A stretch of DNA of 64,000 bases from Vulcanimicrobiota bacterium (GTDB taxonomy: Bacteria; Vulcanimicrobiota; Vulcanimicrobiia; Vulcanimicrobiales; Vulcanimicrobiaceae). The translations under genes and the position numbers were made by a program. Every line of letters starts with the position of its first letter. The first letter of the stretch is position 1. Positions 30,043 to 39,052 of the stretch are shown in pieces. Location of the stretch: positions 36,605 through 100,604 of the forward strand of contig PMOS01000038.1 in the NCBI GenBank assembly GCA_003161435.1, given 5' to 3'. The notes below the pieces were generated by a model. That model did no database searches. It saw only the letters and a list, made by a program, of their open reading frames with translations, and was not told the origin of the DNA.

Positions 30043-30717
30043 TTAGAACTTGATTCCGGTCGTAACCGGTCCGTCTGCAAGAACCGTTCGGACGCGCGCA
30101 TGATGCTCAATCCACGACGACAGGTCCTCGGACAACATATCCGCGATGCGAAGGAGGCCGTCGTACATCTCTTTCGGTCGGTGATCGAATATCGGCTCGT
30201 GATGAGCAACGCGATTTCGAAAGGGAATGAGCGGTTCCAAATAGCCCACCAACGTCTTTCTGTGCGTATACCTTACAAAGCCAGGTCGGAGAGCCGGCCA
30301 TAACGTACGATTTATCGCCGGTCGCAACAGATAGACCCAGAAGCTCAGATACATCTCCGCGACGATCCGGTCTTCCGTAATCGGCCGCGCCGGAATCGCC
30401 CTGGCAATCCGGTTCTTGGATACTCTGATATTGTCGCGCGTCCGAGGTGTCGGGTCTAACGCGAGGAACGCCGTATCGTCGTACCACGCCGGTCCAAAGG
30501 CCAGCCGTAATTGCTCGGAAATGGCGTTCCGGAGCGCTACCTCAACCACGGATATTGGCCCGCGAAATGCGCTCGCAAGTGCCGTGTTCCACGAGTACAG
30601 TCGCATCGCGTCGCCAGCATTTCCGCTGATTGCGAGGTAGGGCGCAAATCGGGCTCCGCCAATCGCCCTCCGGATTTCAGTCTCAAGACGCAGATCAAGA
30701 CGAAAATAGCTTGACAC
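30043..30717 (-). CDS. Abi-like (Abi_2/AbiD-AbiF family) HEPN ribonuclease, putative toxin or defence protein
   Basis: RFAPYL, LYSWN, EVALRN, SFWVYL and HEPN RxxxxH motif RNRVAHHEPI; lower GC than flanks. Confidence 0.82.
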   Translation of the reverse strand: MSSYFRLDLRLETEIRRAIGGARFAPYLAISGNAGDAMRLYSWNTALASAFRGPISVVEVALRNAISEQLRLAFGPAWYDDTAFLALDPTPRTRDNIRVSKNRIARAIPARPITEDRIVAEMYLSFWVYLLRPAINRTLWPALRPGFVRYTHRKTLVGYLEPLIPFRNRVAHHEPIFDHRPKEMYDGLLRIADMLSEDLSSWIEHHARVRTVLADGPVTTGIKF

Positions 30718-30739
30718 GAATTCACACCCTGATTAAGAT
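30711..30739 (+). promoter_or_regulatory. Near-consensus sigma70 promoter divergent from the Abi gene
   Basis: TTGACA (30711-30716), 17 nt, TAAGAT (30734-30739). Confidence 0.75.
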
Positions 30740-30743
30740 GAAA

Positions 30744-30794
30744 GAGGTCCCGTAAGCCTCTGCGAAAGCACGCGTGCGGGGCTTCCTTTTATTT
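30744..30794 (+). ncRNA. Candidate Abi-associated small RNA (putative antitoxin) with built-in terminator
   Basis: Begins just after the promoter; GAGGTCCCGTA pairs with TGCGGGGCTTC using G-U pairs valid only on +; inner TGC-GAAA-GCA hairpin; ends in TTTTATTT. Confidence 0.6.
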
Positions 30795-30971
30795 ATGGGC
30801 GTGCGCTCCATTGCCTCTTGGAGAAGGTTCGCGCCGCGCCGGCTCCCGCGAGGCGCGCCCGGCGCGACCCTCCTCTCTTCCTGATGTTGCCGATCTCAGG
30901 GTGTCCCCACGGTGTGCAGCTCACGTCGTAGCGCAACCCTGGCGCCGTTGCCGCGCGTCACAACTCACGCT

Positions 30972-31355
30972 ATGCCCCTCGTTTCGATCACCGCCCACAC
31001 CTCACAATCGGCCGAGGCGCTCGCCCGTTTGGGTGACGCAGTGCACGACACGCTCGTCACGCATTGCGGCGTTCCCGCACACGACCGATTTCAACTCCGC
31101 CGCCGCGTCGATCAGGAAGAGCTCGTGTTCGACCCCTCGTATCTCGGTATCGAGCGCCGCGACCCGGTGTTCGTCGAAATTACGCTGCGCGGCGGGCGTA
31201 CGATGGCGATAAAGCAGGCGCTGTATGGCGCGATCGCGCAAGGTGCCGCCGATGCGGGGATCCGCAAGGAAGACGTGCTCATCGTGTTGCGCGAGAACGC
31301 CGAGCCCGACTGGTCGTTCGGCGACGGCATCGCGCAATACATCCCCGGGAATTGA
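30972..31355 (+). CDS. Tautomerase family protein (MSAD-like)
   Basis: N-terminal Pro (MPLVSI), VPAHDRFQ, DWSFGDGIAQY. Confidence 0.88.
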   Translation: MPLVSITAHTSQSAEALARLGDAVHDTLVTHCGVPAHDRFQLRRRVDQEELVFDPSYLGIERRDPVFVEITLRGGRTMAIKQALYGAIAQGAADAGIRKEDVLIVLRENAEPDWSFGDGIAQYIPGN

Positions 31356-31367
31356 GCGCGGCGCAGG

Positions 31368-33032
31368 ATGATCTCCACCGACGATATCGCGAAGGTCCCG
31401 CTGTTCGCCGCAATGCCGGAGGCGCTCCGGTCGCGCATCGTTTCGCGCTCGGCCGACATTCGGGTGGAGGCCGGCGAGTGGCTCGTCCACGAGGGCAGCG
31501 CCGTGCACTTCTGGACGGTTATCGAGGGTGAGCTCGAGGTGGTCAAGCGGTACGGCGGCGAGACGACGCTCGTATCGACGTTCGAGGCCGGTGACTATTT
31601 CGGCGAGATCCCGCTCATGCTGGGGACGAACGCCTACGTCGGCGTTCGTTCGCTCACGCCCGCGCGGTTGATGCGCACCGACCCGGCCGACTTTCATTTC
31701 ATGCTGACCGCGTCGAGCGAAGTGAGCGCCGATATCGCGCAGACGATCGCGCGACGCATGAGCCTTCGCCGCGACGCCTATACGGCGGCCAACGTGACGC
31801 AAGCGGCGATCGTCGGCGATCGCTACGATCTGGCGTGCCACGACCTGCGAGATTTTCTGGCCCGCAATCAGATCCCGTACGAGTGGCTCGACCCCAGCGA
31901 TCCGGGCGACGCCGTCGGGATGCCGACGGACGTCCGCAACGCGAAGCGTTTTCCCGTCGTGCTGTTCGCCAACGGGAAGCGCCTCGAAGTCCCGACGCTT
32001 CGCGAGCTGGCCGAAGGATTGAATCTGCAGACGAAGCCCGCCAGTGAGACGTACGACGTGGCGATCATCGGCGGCGGTCCGGCCGGCCTGGCGGCGGCGG
32101 TGTACGGCGGATCCGAAGGATTGCACACCGTCATGATCGAGCGTGAGGCGCCCGGCGGCCAGGCCGGCACGTCCTCGCGCATCGAGAACTATCTGGGCTT
32201 TCCCGCCGGAATCTCCGGCGACGATCTCGCGAACCGGGCGTTGCTACAGGCCAAGCGCTTCGGCACCGAGATCCTCGTGACGCGCAACGTCGTCTCCATC
32301 GAGTCGACGCCCGACGGGCACACGATCGAGCTCGACGGCGGCGAACGCGTGCCGGCCCGGGCCATTGTGATCGCGACCGGCGTGACGTGGCGCGAGTTAG
32401 CGGCCGACGGTGCGGCGGAGTTGGTCGGGCGGGGCGTGTACTACGGTGCCGCGCAAACCGAAGCGCTCGGTACGCGCGGCAAGGACGTGTTCCTGATCGG
32501 CGGCGGCAATTCGGCTGGACAAGCGGCGATGTTCTTCGCCAACTATGCGCGGAGCGTGACGTTGCTCGCACGCGGTCCGTCGCTCGAGAAGAGCATGTCG
32601 TACTACCTCATCGCGCAACTCGGCACGAAGCGCAACATCAGCGTGGAAACCGACTCGACCGTCGTTCGGGTCACCGGCAGCGCGCACATCGAATCGATTA
32701 CCACGCACGACGAGCGCACCGGCGCGGAGCAAGAGCGCCCGGCCGACGGCCTATTCGTCTTCATCGGTGCCGACGCGGAGACCGCATGGATGCCCGCGCC
32801 GATCGAGCGTGACGCCCGCGGGTATCTCCGAACCGGCCGTGACATCGAGCATTGGCCGATCGCGCGCGCGCCGTTTCTGCTCGAGACAAGCGTACCCGGA
32901 GTCTTTGCGGCCGGCGATGTTCGGAGCGGCTCCGTGAAGCGCGTCGCCTCGAGCGTCGGTGAGGGCAGCATGGTCATCGCGTTCATCCACGAGTATCTCG
33001 CCGCCGAGGTGATGAGCGCGACACGATCGTAG
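31368..33032 (+). CDS. cNMP-binding domain / glutaredoxin-like / thioredoxin-reductase-like FAD oxidoreductase
   Basis: GDYFGEIPL (cNMP), GGGPAGL, SSRIENYLGFP, GGGNSAGQAA, GVFAAGDVR; no CxxC. Confidence 0.88.
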   Translation: MISTDDIAKVPLFAAMPEALRSRIVSRSADIRVEAGEWLVHEGSAVHFWTVIEGELEVVKRYGGETTLVSTFEAGDYFGEIPLMLGTNAYVGVRSLTPARLMRTDPADFHFMLTASSEVSADIAQTIARRMSLRRDAYTAANVTQAAIVGDRYDLACHDLRDFLARNQIPYEWLDPSDPGDAVGMPTDVRNAKRFPVVLFANGKRLEVPTLRELAEGLNLQTKPASETYDVAIIGGGPAGLAAAVYGGSEGLHTVMIEREAPGGQAGTSSRIENYLGFPAGISGDDLANRALLQAKRFGTEILVTRNVVSIESTPDGHTIELDGGERVPARAIVIATGVTWRELAADGAAELVGRGVYYGAAQTEALGTRGKDVFLIGGGNSAGQAAMFFANYARSVTLLARGPSLEKSMSYYLIAQLGTKRNISVETDSTVVRVTGSAHIESITTHDERTGAEQERPADGLFVFIGADAETAWMPAPIERDARGYLRTGRDIEHWPIARAPFLLETSVPGVFAAGDVRSGSVKRVASSVGEGSMVIAFIHEYLAAEVMSATRS

Positions 33033-33067
33033 CGCCGCTCGACTGGTCGCGGACGCTTCTTATTGCG

Positions 33068-34351
33068 TCACGCGGGCTTGGCAGCGACGGCTCTCGCCGT
33101 GGCCTGGGCCGCGATCGCCCGGCCGATCGTCAGGATCAAACCCGCGGCGACCAAGCACAGCAGCCCCGACATGAGAAACGCGTCGTCGTAGCTGCCGATC
33201 TGGCTGCGGATCGCGCCGGCGGCGAACGCGGTGATGCCGGCGCCGAGTTGGTGTCCGGCGGCGATCCAGCCGAAGAACAACGGTGCGCGCTCGCGGCCGA
33301 AGGCGGCCGTCGCGAGCTTCACCGTCGGCGGCACGGTCGCGATCCAATCCAGGCCGTAGAAGACGGCAAAGATCGGCAAACCCAAGAATCCGAAGCCGAA
33401 CGCCATCGGCAAGAACAGCAGCGAGAGCCCGCGCAGACCGTAGTACCAGAACAACAGCCAGCGACTGCTGTAGCGGTCCGAAAGCCAACCCGACGCCGTC
33501 GTGCCGATCAAGTCGAACACGCCCATCGCGGCCAGTAATCCCGCGGCGCGCGTCTCGGGGATACCGTGATCGCCGCAGGCCGGGACGAGGTGCGCGCCGA
33601 TCAAACCGTTCGTGCTCGCGCCGCAGATGAAGAACGTCCCCGCCAGCACCCAGAACGTGCGCGAGCGCGTCGCCTCACGCAGCGTCGCGAACGCGCGGCC
33701 GATGGGATTCACTCGCGGCGGCAGCGTCGCATCGACCTCGGTCGCGCCGAAACGTGGAAGCCCGAGATCGCTCGGCCGCTCGCGCACGACGAAGAGGTTC
33801 AGCGGTATCAACGTCAAGGCGACGCCGGCGAGGATGAACGCGCACGGTCGCCATCCGACGCGCGCAATGATCTGGCCGAACAGCGGCAGAAAGACCAGCG
33901 CGCCGGTTGCGTTTGCGGCCGCGAAGAGCCCGAGCACCACACCGCGGCGCGCCTCGAACCAGCGTGTTGCGATCGTCGTGCCGAACATCAGCGCGATCGA
34001 GCCGGCGCCGATCCCGACCGCCGCACCCCAGATCGGCAGCTGCCACGCCGCGTGCACGAAGGTGACGCTGACCTCGGCGCAGGCGAGCAGACACAGCGCG
34101 GAGACGACCGTCCGGCGCACCCCGAAGCGCTCCATCGCAGCGGCGGCGAACGGTCCCGTTAGGCCAAAAAGCGCGATCTGAATCCCGATCGCGATCGAGA
34201 TCGTGCGATCGCTCCAGCCGAACTCCTTTTCGAACGGCTGAATGAACATCGTCGGCGCGGTCAGGATCCCCGCAGTCGTGACGAGCGTCAGGAACGTCGC
34301 CGCGGCGACGATCCAGGCGTAGTGGACGCGGGGCTTCATGCGCGCTATCAT
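33068..34351 (-). CDS. MFS transporter
   Basis: About 12 TM segments; MERFGVRR, GWLSDRYSSR; the start may be ATG 34339. Confidence 0.9.
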   Translation of the reverse strand: MIARMKPRVHYAWIVAAATFLTLVTTAGILTAPTMFIQPFEKEFGWSDRTISIAIGIQIALFGLTGPFAAAAMERFGVRRTVVSALCLLACAEVSVTFVHAAWQLPIWGAAVGIGAGSIALMFGTTIATRWFEARRGVVLGLFAAANATGALVFLPLFGQIIARVGWRPCAFILAGVALTLIPLNLFVVRERPSDLGLPRFGATEVDATLPPRVNPIGRAFATLREATRSRTFWVLAGTFFICGASTNGLIGAHLVPACGDHGIPETRAAGLLAAMGVFDLIGTTASGWLSDRYSSRWLLFWYYGLRGLSLLFLPMAFGFGFLGLPIFAVFYGLDWIATVPPTVKLATAAFGRERAPLFFGWIAAGHQLGAGITAFAAGAIRSQIGSYDDAFLMSGLLCLVAAGLILTIGRAIAAQATARAVAAKPA

Positions 34352-34416
34352 ACCCCCATGGAGGCCATTAGGGAAGTACGCACAGTTTTGTGGTGTAGTA
34401 CCCTTTTGTATACCGT

Positions 34417-34779
34417 ATGAAGAACTGCGCCGATGAGATTCCGCGCTGCTCGGTCGCGCGAACCGTCGAGCTGGTCGGCGGGAAGTGGAAGGGCGTCATC
34501 CTGTACTTCCTGCTCGACAAGACCCTGCGCTTCACCGAGCTGCGCCGCGCGATCCCCGGCATCACGCAACGGATGCTGACGCTGCAACTCCGCGAGCTTG
34601 AAGCCGACGGCCTCGTCGAACGCACCGTCTACCCGGTCGTACCGCCGCGCGTCGAGTACGCGCTCACCCCGTTCGGCCGAACGCTCACACCGGTCGTCCG
34701 CGCAATGGCCGACTGGGGCCGACGCCACAAACGCCAAGCCGAACGCGCCCTCGACGATCGCACCGCCCTTTCGGCCTAA
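34417..34779 (+). CDS. HxlR family winged-HTH regulator
   Basis: GGKWKGVIL, RFTELRR, LRELEADGLV, PPRVEYALT. Confidence 0.92.
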   Translation: MKNCADEIPRCSVARTVELVGGKWKGVILYFLLDKTLRFTELRRAIPGITQRMLTLQLRELEADGLVERTVYPVVPPRVEYALTPFGRTLTPVVRAMADWGRRHKRQAERALDDRTALSA

Positions 34780-34785
34780 CTCTCT

Positions 34786-34921
34786 GTCACCCTGAGCTCG
34801 TCGAAGGGCGAACTGCGTTGCCCAGCCGCCAACCCGACGTGGCGCGCGACAACGTCGGCGTCGCCCTGAGCGGGGCGAAGGGCGACCGTCGTGAGTCGTG
34901 GTTCGACGGGCTCACCATGAC
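34786..34921. repeat. Cluster of three REP-like palindromic units (two direct, one inverted)
   Basis: GTCACCCTGAGCTCGTCGAAGGGCG (34786-34810), GTCGCCCTGAGCGGGGCGAAGGGCG (34860-34884), inverted GTCATGGTGAGCCCGTCGAACCACG (34897-34921), between convergent genes. Confidence 0.8.
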
Positions 34922-34922
34922 A

Positions 34923-36281
34923 TTAGGGTGATACCAGCGCACGCGCAATCGTCGTATGGCGAACAACGAGCGACGGGACGTCGATGTCGACCAGGCGGCC
35001 ATCGCGGACGAGGACTCGGCCGTTGACGATGTTCAAGTCGACGTTGGGGATTCGGCAGAACATGAGCGATGCGAGCGGGTCGTGGACGGAACCGCCGGCG
35101 GTGGCAAGGCCGTCGACGCGGACTCCGATCAGGTCGGCGGCCATTCCAGGTCCGAGCGACCCGATGTCGTCGCGGCCGAGGACCTCGGCGCCGCCGCGTG
35201 TCGCCAACCGGAGTGCTTCGCGGGCGGTCATCGCGTTCGCACCGTGCGCCACGCGTTGGAGCAGCATTGCGTGGCGCGCTTCGTCGAGCATGTGCGAGCC
35301 GTCGTTGGATGCCGAGCCGTCGACGCCGAAGCCGACGCGCATCCCGGCGTCGCGCTGGGCGAGCACCGGCGCGATCCCCGAGCCGAGCCGCATGTTCGAG
35401 GTGGGACAGTGCGCGACGCCGGTGCGGCACGTTCCCAGCCGCACGAATTCCTCGCGCGCCATGAAGATCGCGTGCGCGAACCACACATCGGGTCCGGTCC
35501 AGCCGACCGACTCGGCGAAATCGACCGGTCGCCGACCGTACTGCTCGACGCAGTACTTCTCTTCGTCGACCGTTTCGCAGAGGTGCGTGTGCAGGTGGAC
35601 GGCGTCGTGCTTGCGCGCGAGCTCGGCGGTCGCGCGCATCAGCTCCGGGGTCACCGAGAACGGCGAGCAGGGCGCCAGCACGATCCGCGTCATCGCGTAA
35701 CGCGCCGAGTCGTGGTATTCGGCGATGACGCGCTCGCTGTCGCTCAGGATCGCGTCCTCGTCCTCGACGGCCTCGTCGGGTGGGAGGCCACCCTGCGAGC
35801 GGCCGCGCGACATCGAACCGCGCGAGGCGTGGAAACGTAGACCTAGCTCGCGCGCGACCGCGATCTGGTCGTCGACGCGCGCGCCGTTCGGCCAGACGTA
35901 GCCATGGTCGGCCGCCGTCGTGCACCCCGAGAGCAGCAGCTCCGCGATCGCGACTTCCGTCGACACGCGCACGGCGTCGGGGGTGAGCCGAGCCCAAATC
36001 GGATACTGCGTCACCAACCAGTCGAACAACCCCGCGTCCTGCGCCTCCGGTACGTTGCGGGTGAGCGTCTGGAAGAAATGGTGATGCGTGCAAACCAGCC
36101 CTGGCAGCAGCACGAGACCACGCGCGTCAACGACTTCATCGGCCCACGCGCTGAGCTCAGGCGTCGGCCCGACCGCTTCCACGACGTTGTCACGCAGCAG
36201 GACGGCACCGTCAGGGATCTCCCGGGCGGCGTCGTCGAAGGTCGCCACCAGCGCGGCGTGACGGAGAAGCAGCGTTCCTAT
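34923..36281 (-). CDS. 8-oxoguanine deaminase-like amidohydrolase; apparent ATA start
   Basis: PGLVCTHHHFFQTLTR, LAPCSPFSV, LHTHLCE, HCPTSNMRL, GVDGSASND. Confidence 0.85.
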   Translation of the reverse strand: MGTLLLRHAALVATFDDAAREIPDGAVLLRDNVVEAVGPTPELSAWADEVVDARGLVLLPGLVCTHHHFFQTLTRNVPEAQDAGLFDWLVTQYPIWARLTPDAVRVSTEVAIAELLLSGCTTAADHGYVWPNGARVDDQIAVARELGLRFHASRGSMSRGRSQGGLPPDEAVEDEDAILSDSERVIAEYHDSARYAMTRIVLAPCSPFSVTPELMRATAELARKHDAVHLHTHLCETVDEEKYCVEQYGRRPVDFAESVGWTGPDVWFAHAIFMAREEFVRLGTCRTGVAHCPTSNMRLGSGIAPVLAQRDAGMRVGFGVDGSASNDGSHMLDEARHAMLLQRVAHGANAMTAREALRLATRGGAEVLGRDDIGSLGPGMAADLIGVRVDGLATAGGSVHDPLASLMFCRIPNVDLNIVNGRVLVRDGRLVDIDVPSLVVRHTTIARALVSP

Positions 36282-36295
36282 TGAATCACCCTGCG

Positions 36296-36805
36296 ATGAC
36301 GAGCATCGCCGCGTTGAACGCAGCGGATCGCGCCACGTTCGTCGCCGCGATCGGATTCGCTTTCGAGGACTCGCCGTGGATCGCCGAAGCGGCGTGGGAG
36401 CGCCGGCCCTTCGACAGCGTCGACGGGTTGCACGCGGCGCTCGGCGACGTGGTCGCCGGCGCGCCGGAGGAGCGGCAGATCGCGCTGATCGCCGCGCATC
36501 CCGACCTCGCCGGCCGCGTCGCGCGAACGGGACGGCTGACCCCGGCGTCGCGCGACGAGCAAGCTTCGGCCGGCCTCGACCGCCTGGCACCCGAGCAGAT
36601 CGCGCGCTTCGACGAGGCGAACACCGCCTACCGCGTGCGCTTTGGCTTCCCGTTCGTCATCGCGGTACGCGGGCGCGACCAGGCGGCGATCCTCGCGGCG
36701 CTGGAGCGGCGCTCGCGCAACGAACGTGACGTCGAGATCGCGCTGGCGCTGGCCGAGATCGCGCAGATCGCGCGGCTGCGCCTGGAAGGCGCGGTGTCGG
36801 CGTGA
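36296..36805 (+). CDS. uraD: OHCU decarboxylase
   Basis: FEDSPWIA, AHPDLAGR, EQASAGL, FGFPFVIAV, IARLRL. Confidence 0.92.
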   Translation: MTSIAALNAADRATFVAAIGFAFEDSPWIAEAAWERRPFDSVDGLHAALGDVVAGAPEERQIALIAAHPDLAGRVARTGRLTPASRDEQASAGLDRLAPEQIARFDEANTAYRVRFGFPFVIAVRGRDQAAILAALERRSRNERDVEIALALAEIAQIARLRLEGAVSA

Positions 36806-37995
36806 CGGCGGCATACCTGCTCGACTGGCTGAACCTGGTCATGCGCTGGGCCCATCTGATCGCCGGCATCTCGTGGATCGGCGCGTCGTTCTATTTCGTC
36901 TGGCTCGACGACAGCCTGACCCCACCGGAGAGCCCAGATGACGTGCGGCGCGGGATCTTCGGCGAGCTCTGGGCGGTGCACGGCGGCGGCTTCTACCACA
37001 ACCAGAAGTTCATCACCGGTCCGCGCGGCGAGCCGCTCACCCAGAACCTGCACTGGTTCAAGTGGGAGGCGTACACGACGCTGATCACGGGCCTCGCGAT
37101 GCTGGCGATCGTGTATTGGGCGGGCGCGTCGACGTTCTTGATCGACAAGAGCGTGCTCGACCTCAGCCCGCCGGAGGCGATCGCGATCAGCGCGGGCAGC
37201 CTCGTTGCCGGCTGGATCGTCTACGACCTGCTGTGCCGCGTCTTTGCCGCGCGTCCGGCGCTGCTGTGGACCGCGATCTGCGCGGTGCTGCTGTTCGCCG
37301 ACTGGGGACTCTTCCACGTCTTCGGCGGACGCGCAGCGTACATTCAGGTCGGTTCCATCGTCGGTACGATCATGGTTCTCAACGTCTTCTTCATCATCAT
37401 CCCGGGCCAAAAGGCGATGCTCGCGCAAATCCGTGCGGGACAAGAACCCGATCCGCGGCCCGGACAGCTCGGCAAGATGCGCTCGGTCCACAACACGTAC
37501 TTCACGCTGCCGGTGCTGTTCATCATGATCAGCAACCACTACCCGATGACGTACGGCTCGGCGAACGGCTGGATCGTGCTCGCGCTCATCAGCGTGGCCG
37601 GCGTCCTGGTGCGCCGCTTCTTCGTGCTCTCGCACAAGCACCGTTATGTCGTGGGCCTGCCCGTAGCGGCGGCGTTGGCGCTGGCCGCTGCGGCGGTCGT
37701 GATCGCGCCGCACGCGACGAGCGGTGCGAGCGCGAACGTCGGCTACGCCCAGGTCGCGCCGATCGTCGCCGAGCGTTGCGCGGTCTGTCACGCGGCGCAG
37801 CCGACTGAGCCGGGCTTCGCTGCGCCGCCGGCCGGTGTGCTGCTCGACACGCCGGCGCACCTCAAAGCCAACGCCCAGCGCGCCTATGACCAAGCGGTCG
37901 CGACGCACGCGATGCCGCTGGGCAACGTTACGCACATGACCGACGCGGAGCGCGCGACGCTCGGCGCCTGGATCACCGCAGGAGCACGCATCTGA
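36802..37995 (+). CDS. puuD: Membrane urate hydroxylase with C-terminal cytochrome c
   Basis: RWAHLIAGISWIGASFYF, WAVHGGGFY, HWFKWEAY, RSVHNTYFTLPV, heme motif CAVCH, MPLGN. Confidence 0.92.
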   Translation: MTAAYLLDWLNLVMRWAHLIAGISWIGASFYFVWLDDSLTPPESPDDVRRGIFGELWAVHGGGFYHNQKFITGPRGEPLTQNLHWFKWEAYTTLITGLAMLAIVYWAGASTFLIDKSVLDLSPPEAIAISAGSLVAGWIVYDLLCRVFAARPALLWTAICAVLLFADWGLFHVFGGRAAYIQVGSIVGTIMVLNVFFIIIPGQKAMLAQIRAGQEPDPRPGQLGKMRSVHNTYFTLPVLFIMISNHYPMTYGSANGWIVLALISVAGVLVRRFFVLSHKHRYVVGLPVAAALALAAAAVVIAPHATSGASANVGYAQVAPIVAERCAVCHAAQPTEPGFAAPPAGVLLDTPAHLKANAQRAYDQAVATHAMPLGNVTHMTDAERATLGAWITAGARI

Positions 37996-38330
37996 TGGCT
38001 GCGACCGTTTCGACCCACGTCCTCGATATCGCGCGCGGCACCGCCGCCGCCGGGATCTCCGTCGGCCTCTTCGCGCTCGTTGGTGAACGCAAGCTCCTCA
38101 ACGTCGCCGTCACCAATCGCGACGGTCGCACCGACGCGCCGCTGGCAACCGATCTGCCTCCGGGCACCTACGAGCTGGTCTTTGCGGTGACCGACTACTT
38201 CGAGCTCGCAGCGATCGAGACGTTCTTCGACGAGATTCCCATCCGCTTTCGCATCGACGGCGGCACGGCGCGCTACCACATTCCGTTACTGCTCTCGCCC
38301 TGGGGTTACTCGACCTATCGCGGCAGCTGA
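37995..38330 (+). CDS. uraH: 5-hydroxyisourate hydrolase
   Basis: STHVLD, DGR, YHIPLLLSPWGYSTYRGS. Confidence 0.96.
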   Translation: MAATVSTHVLDIARGTAAAGISVGLFALVGERKLLNVAVTNRDGRTDAPLATDLPPGTYELVFAVTDYFELAAIETFFDEIPIRFRIDGGTARYHIPLLLSPWGYSTYRGS

Positions 38331-38343
38331 TTCGAGGCGCGTA

Positions 38344-39021
38344 ATGGCGAGCTTGGTTGCACGGGCCTTCGTCGGACTTCTTTTCGTCCTCGTCGTGATG
38401 GGAGCGCTGCTCTTTTTAACGGCGGGGACGCTGCACTACTGGCAGGCCTGGGTTTATCTCGCCTTGTTCGGCGCATTGGCCTCGGCGATCACCGGTTACC
38501 TTGCGAGAAAGGATCCGGCTCTCTTGGAGCGGCGGGTCCGTGGCGGGCCGACGGCCGAGAAGGCAACAAGTCAACGGATTGCCGTGACGATCGCATCGGC
38601 CGGATTCGTGGCGATCTTCCTCTTCTCTGGACTCGATCATCGCTGGCAATGGTCCAAGGTGCCTTCATCCGTCGCGATTGCAGGCGTTGTTCTTTTCATG
38701 GTCGGATGGGCGGTCATCTTCGCGGTCTTCAAAGAGAATTCGTTCACGTCCGCCACCATCGAAGTGGCGTCGGATCAACGCGTCGTCTCGACGGGACCCT
38801 ACGCTGTCGTGCGGCACCCAATGTACAGCGCGTCGTTGTTGTACGTTCTCGGCACGCCGCTTGCCCTCGGGTCGTGGTGGGGGTTCATCGGCGTCCTGTT
38901 GATGGCGCCCGCGATCGTGTGGCGCCTTCTCGACGAGGAACGGTTTCTCGCCAAGAGCCTGCCGGGCTACTCGGAGTACAGCGATCGCGTGAAGTATCGC
39001 TTGGTGCCGTTCATCTGGTAG
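38344..39021 (+). CDS. Isoprenylcysteine carboxylmethyltransferase (PEMT) family membrane protein
   Basis: VVSTGPYAVVRHPMY, EERFL...GYSEY. Confidence 0.88.
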   Translation: MASLVARAFVGLLFVLVVMGALLFLTAGTLHYWQAWVYLALFGALASAITGYLARKDPALLERRVRGGPTAEKATSQRIAVTIASAGFVAIFLFSGLDHRWQWSKVPSSVAIAGVVLFMVGWAVIFAVFKENSFTSATIEVASDQRVVSTGPYAVVRHPMYSASLLYVLGTPLALGSWWGFIGVLLMAPAIVWRLLDEERFLAKSLPGYSEYSDRVKYRLVPFIW

Positions 39022-39052
39022 CTGCCCTGTGTCCCGTTTGGCGCCGGCCTGC

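Noticed and set aside
23338-30794. Prophage or genomic island spanning thyX to abi
   Set aside because: No integrase, att repeats or phage structural genes; intervening genes are host-like metabolism
34786-34921. CRISPR array
   Set aside because: Three divergent units, one inverted, with uneven spacing and no cas genes; fits REP
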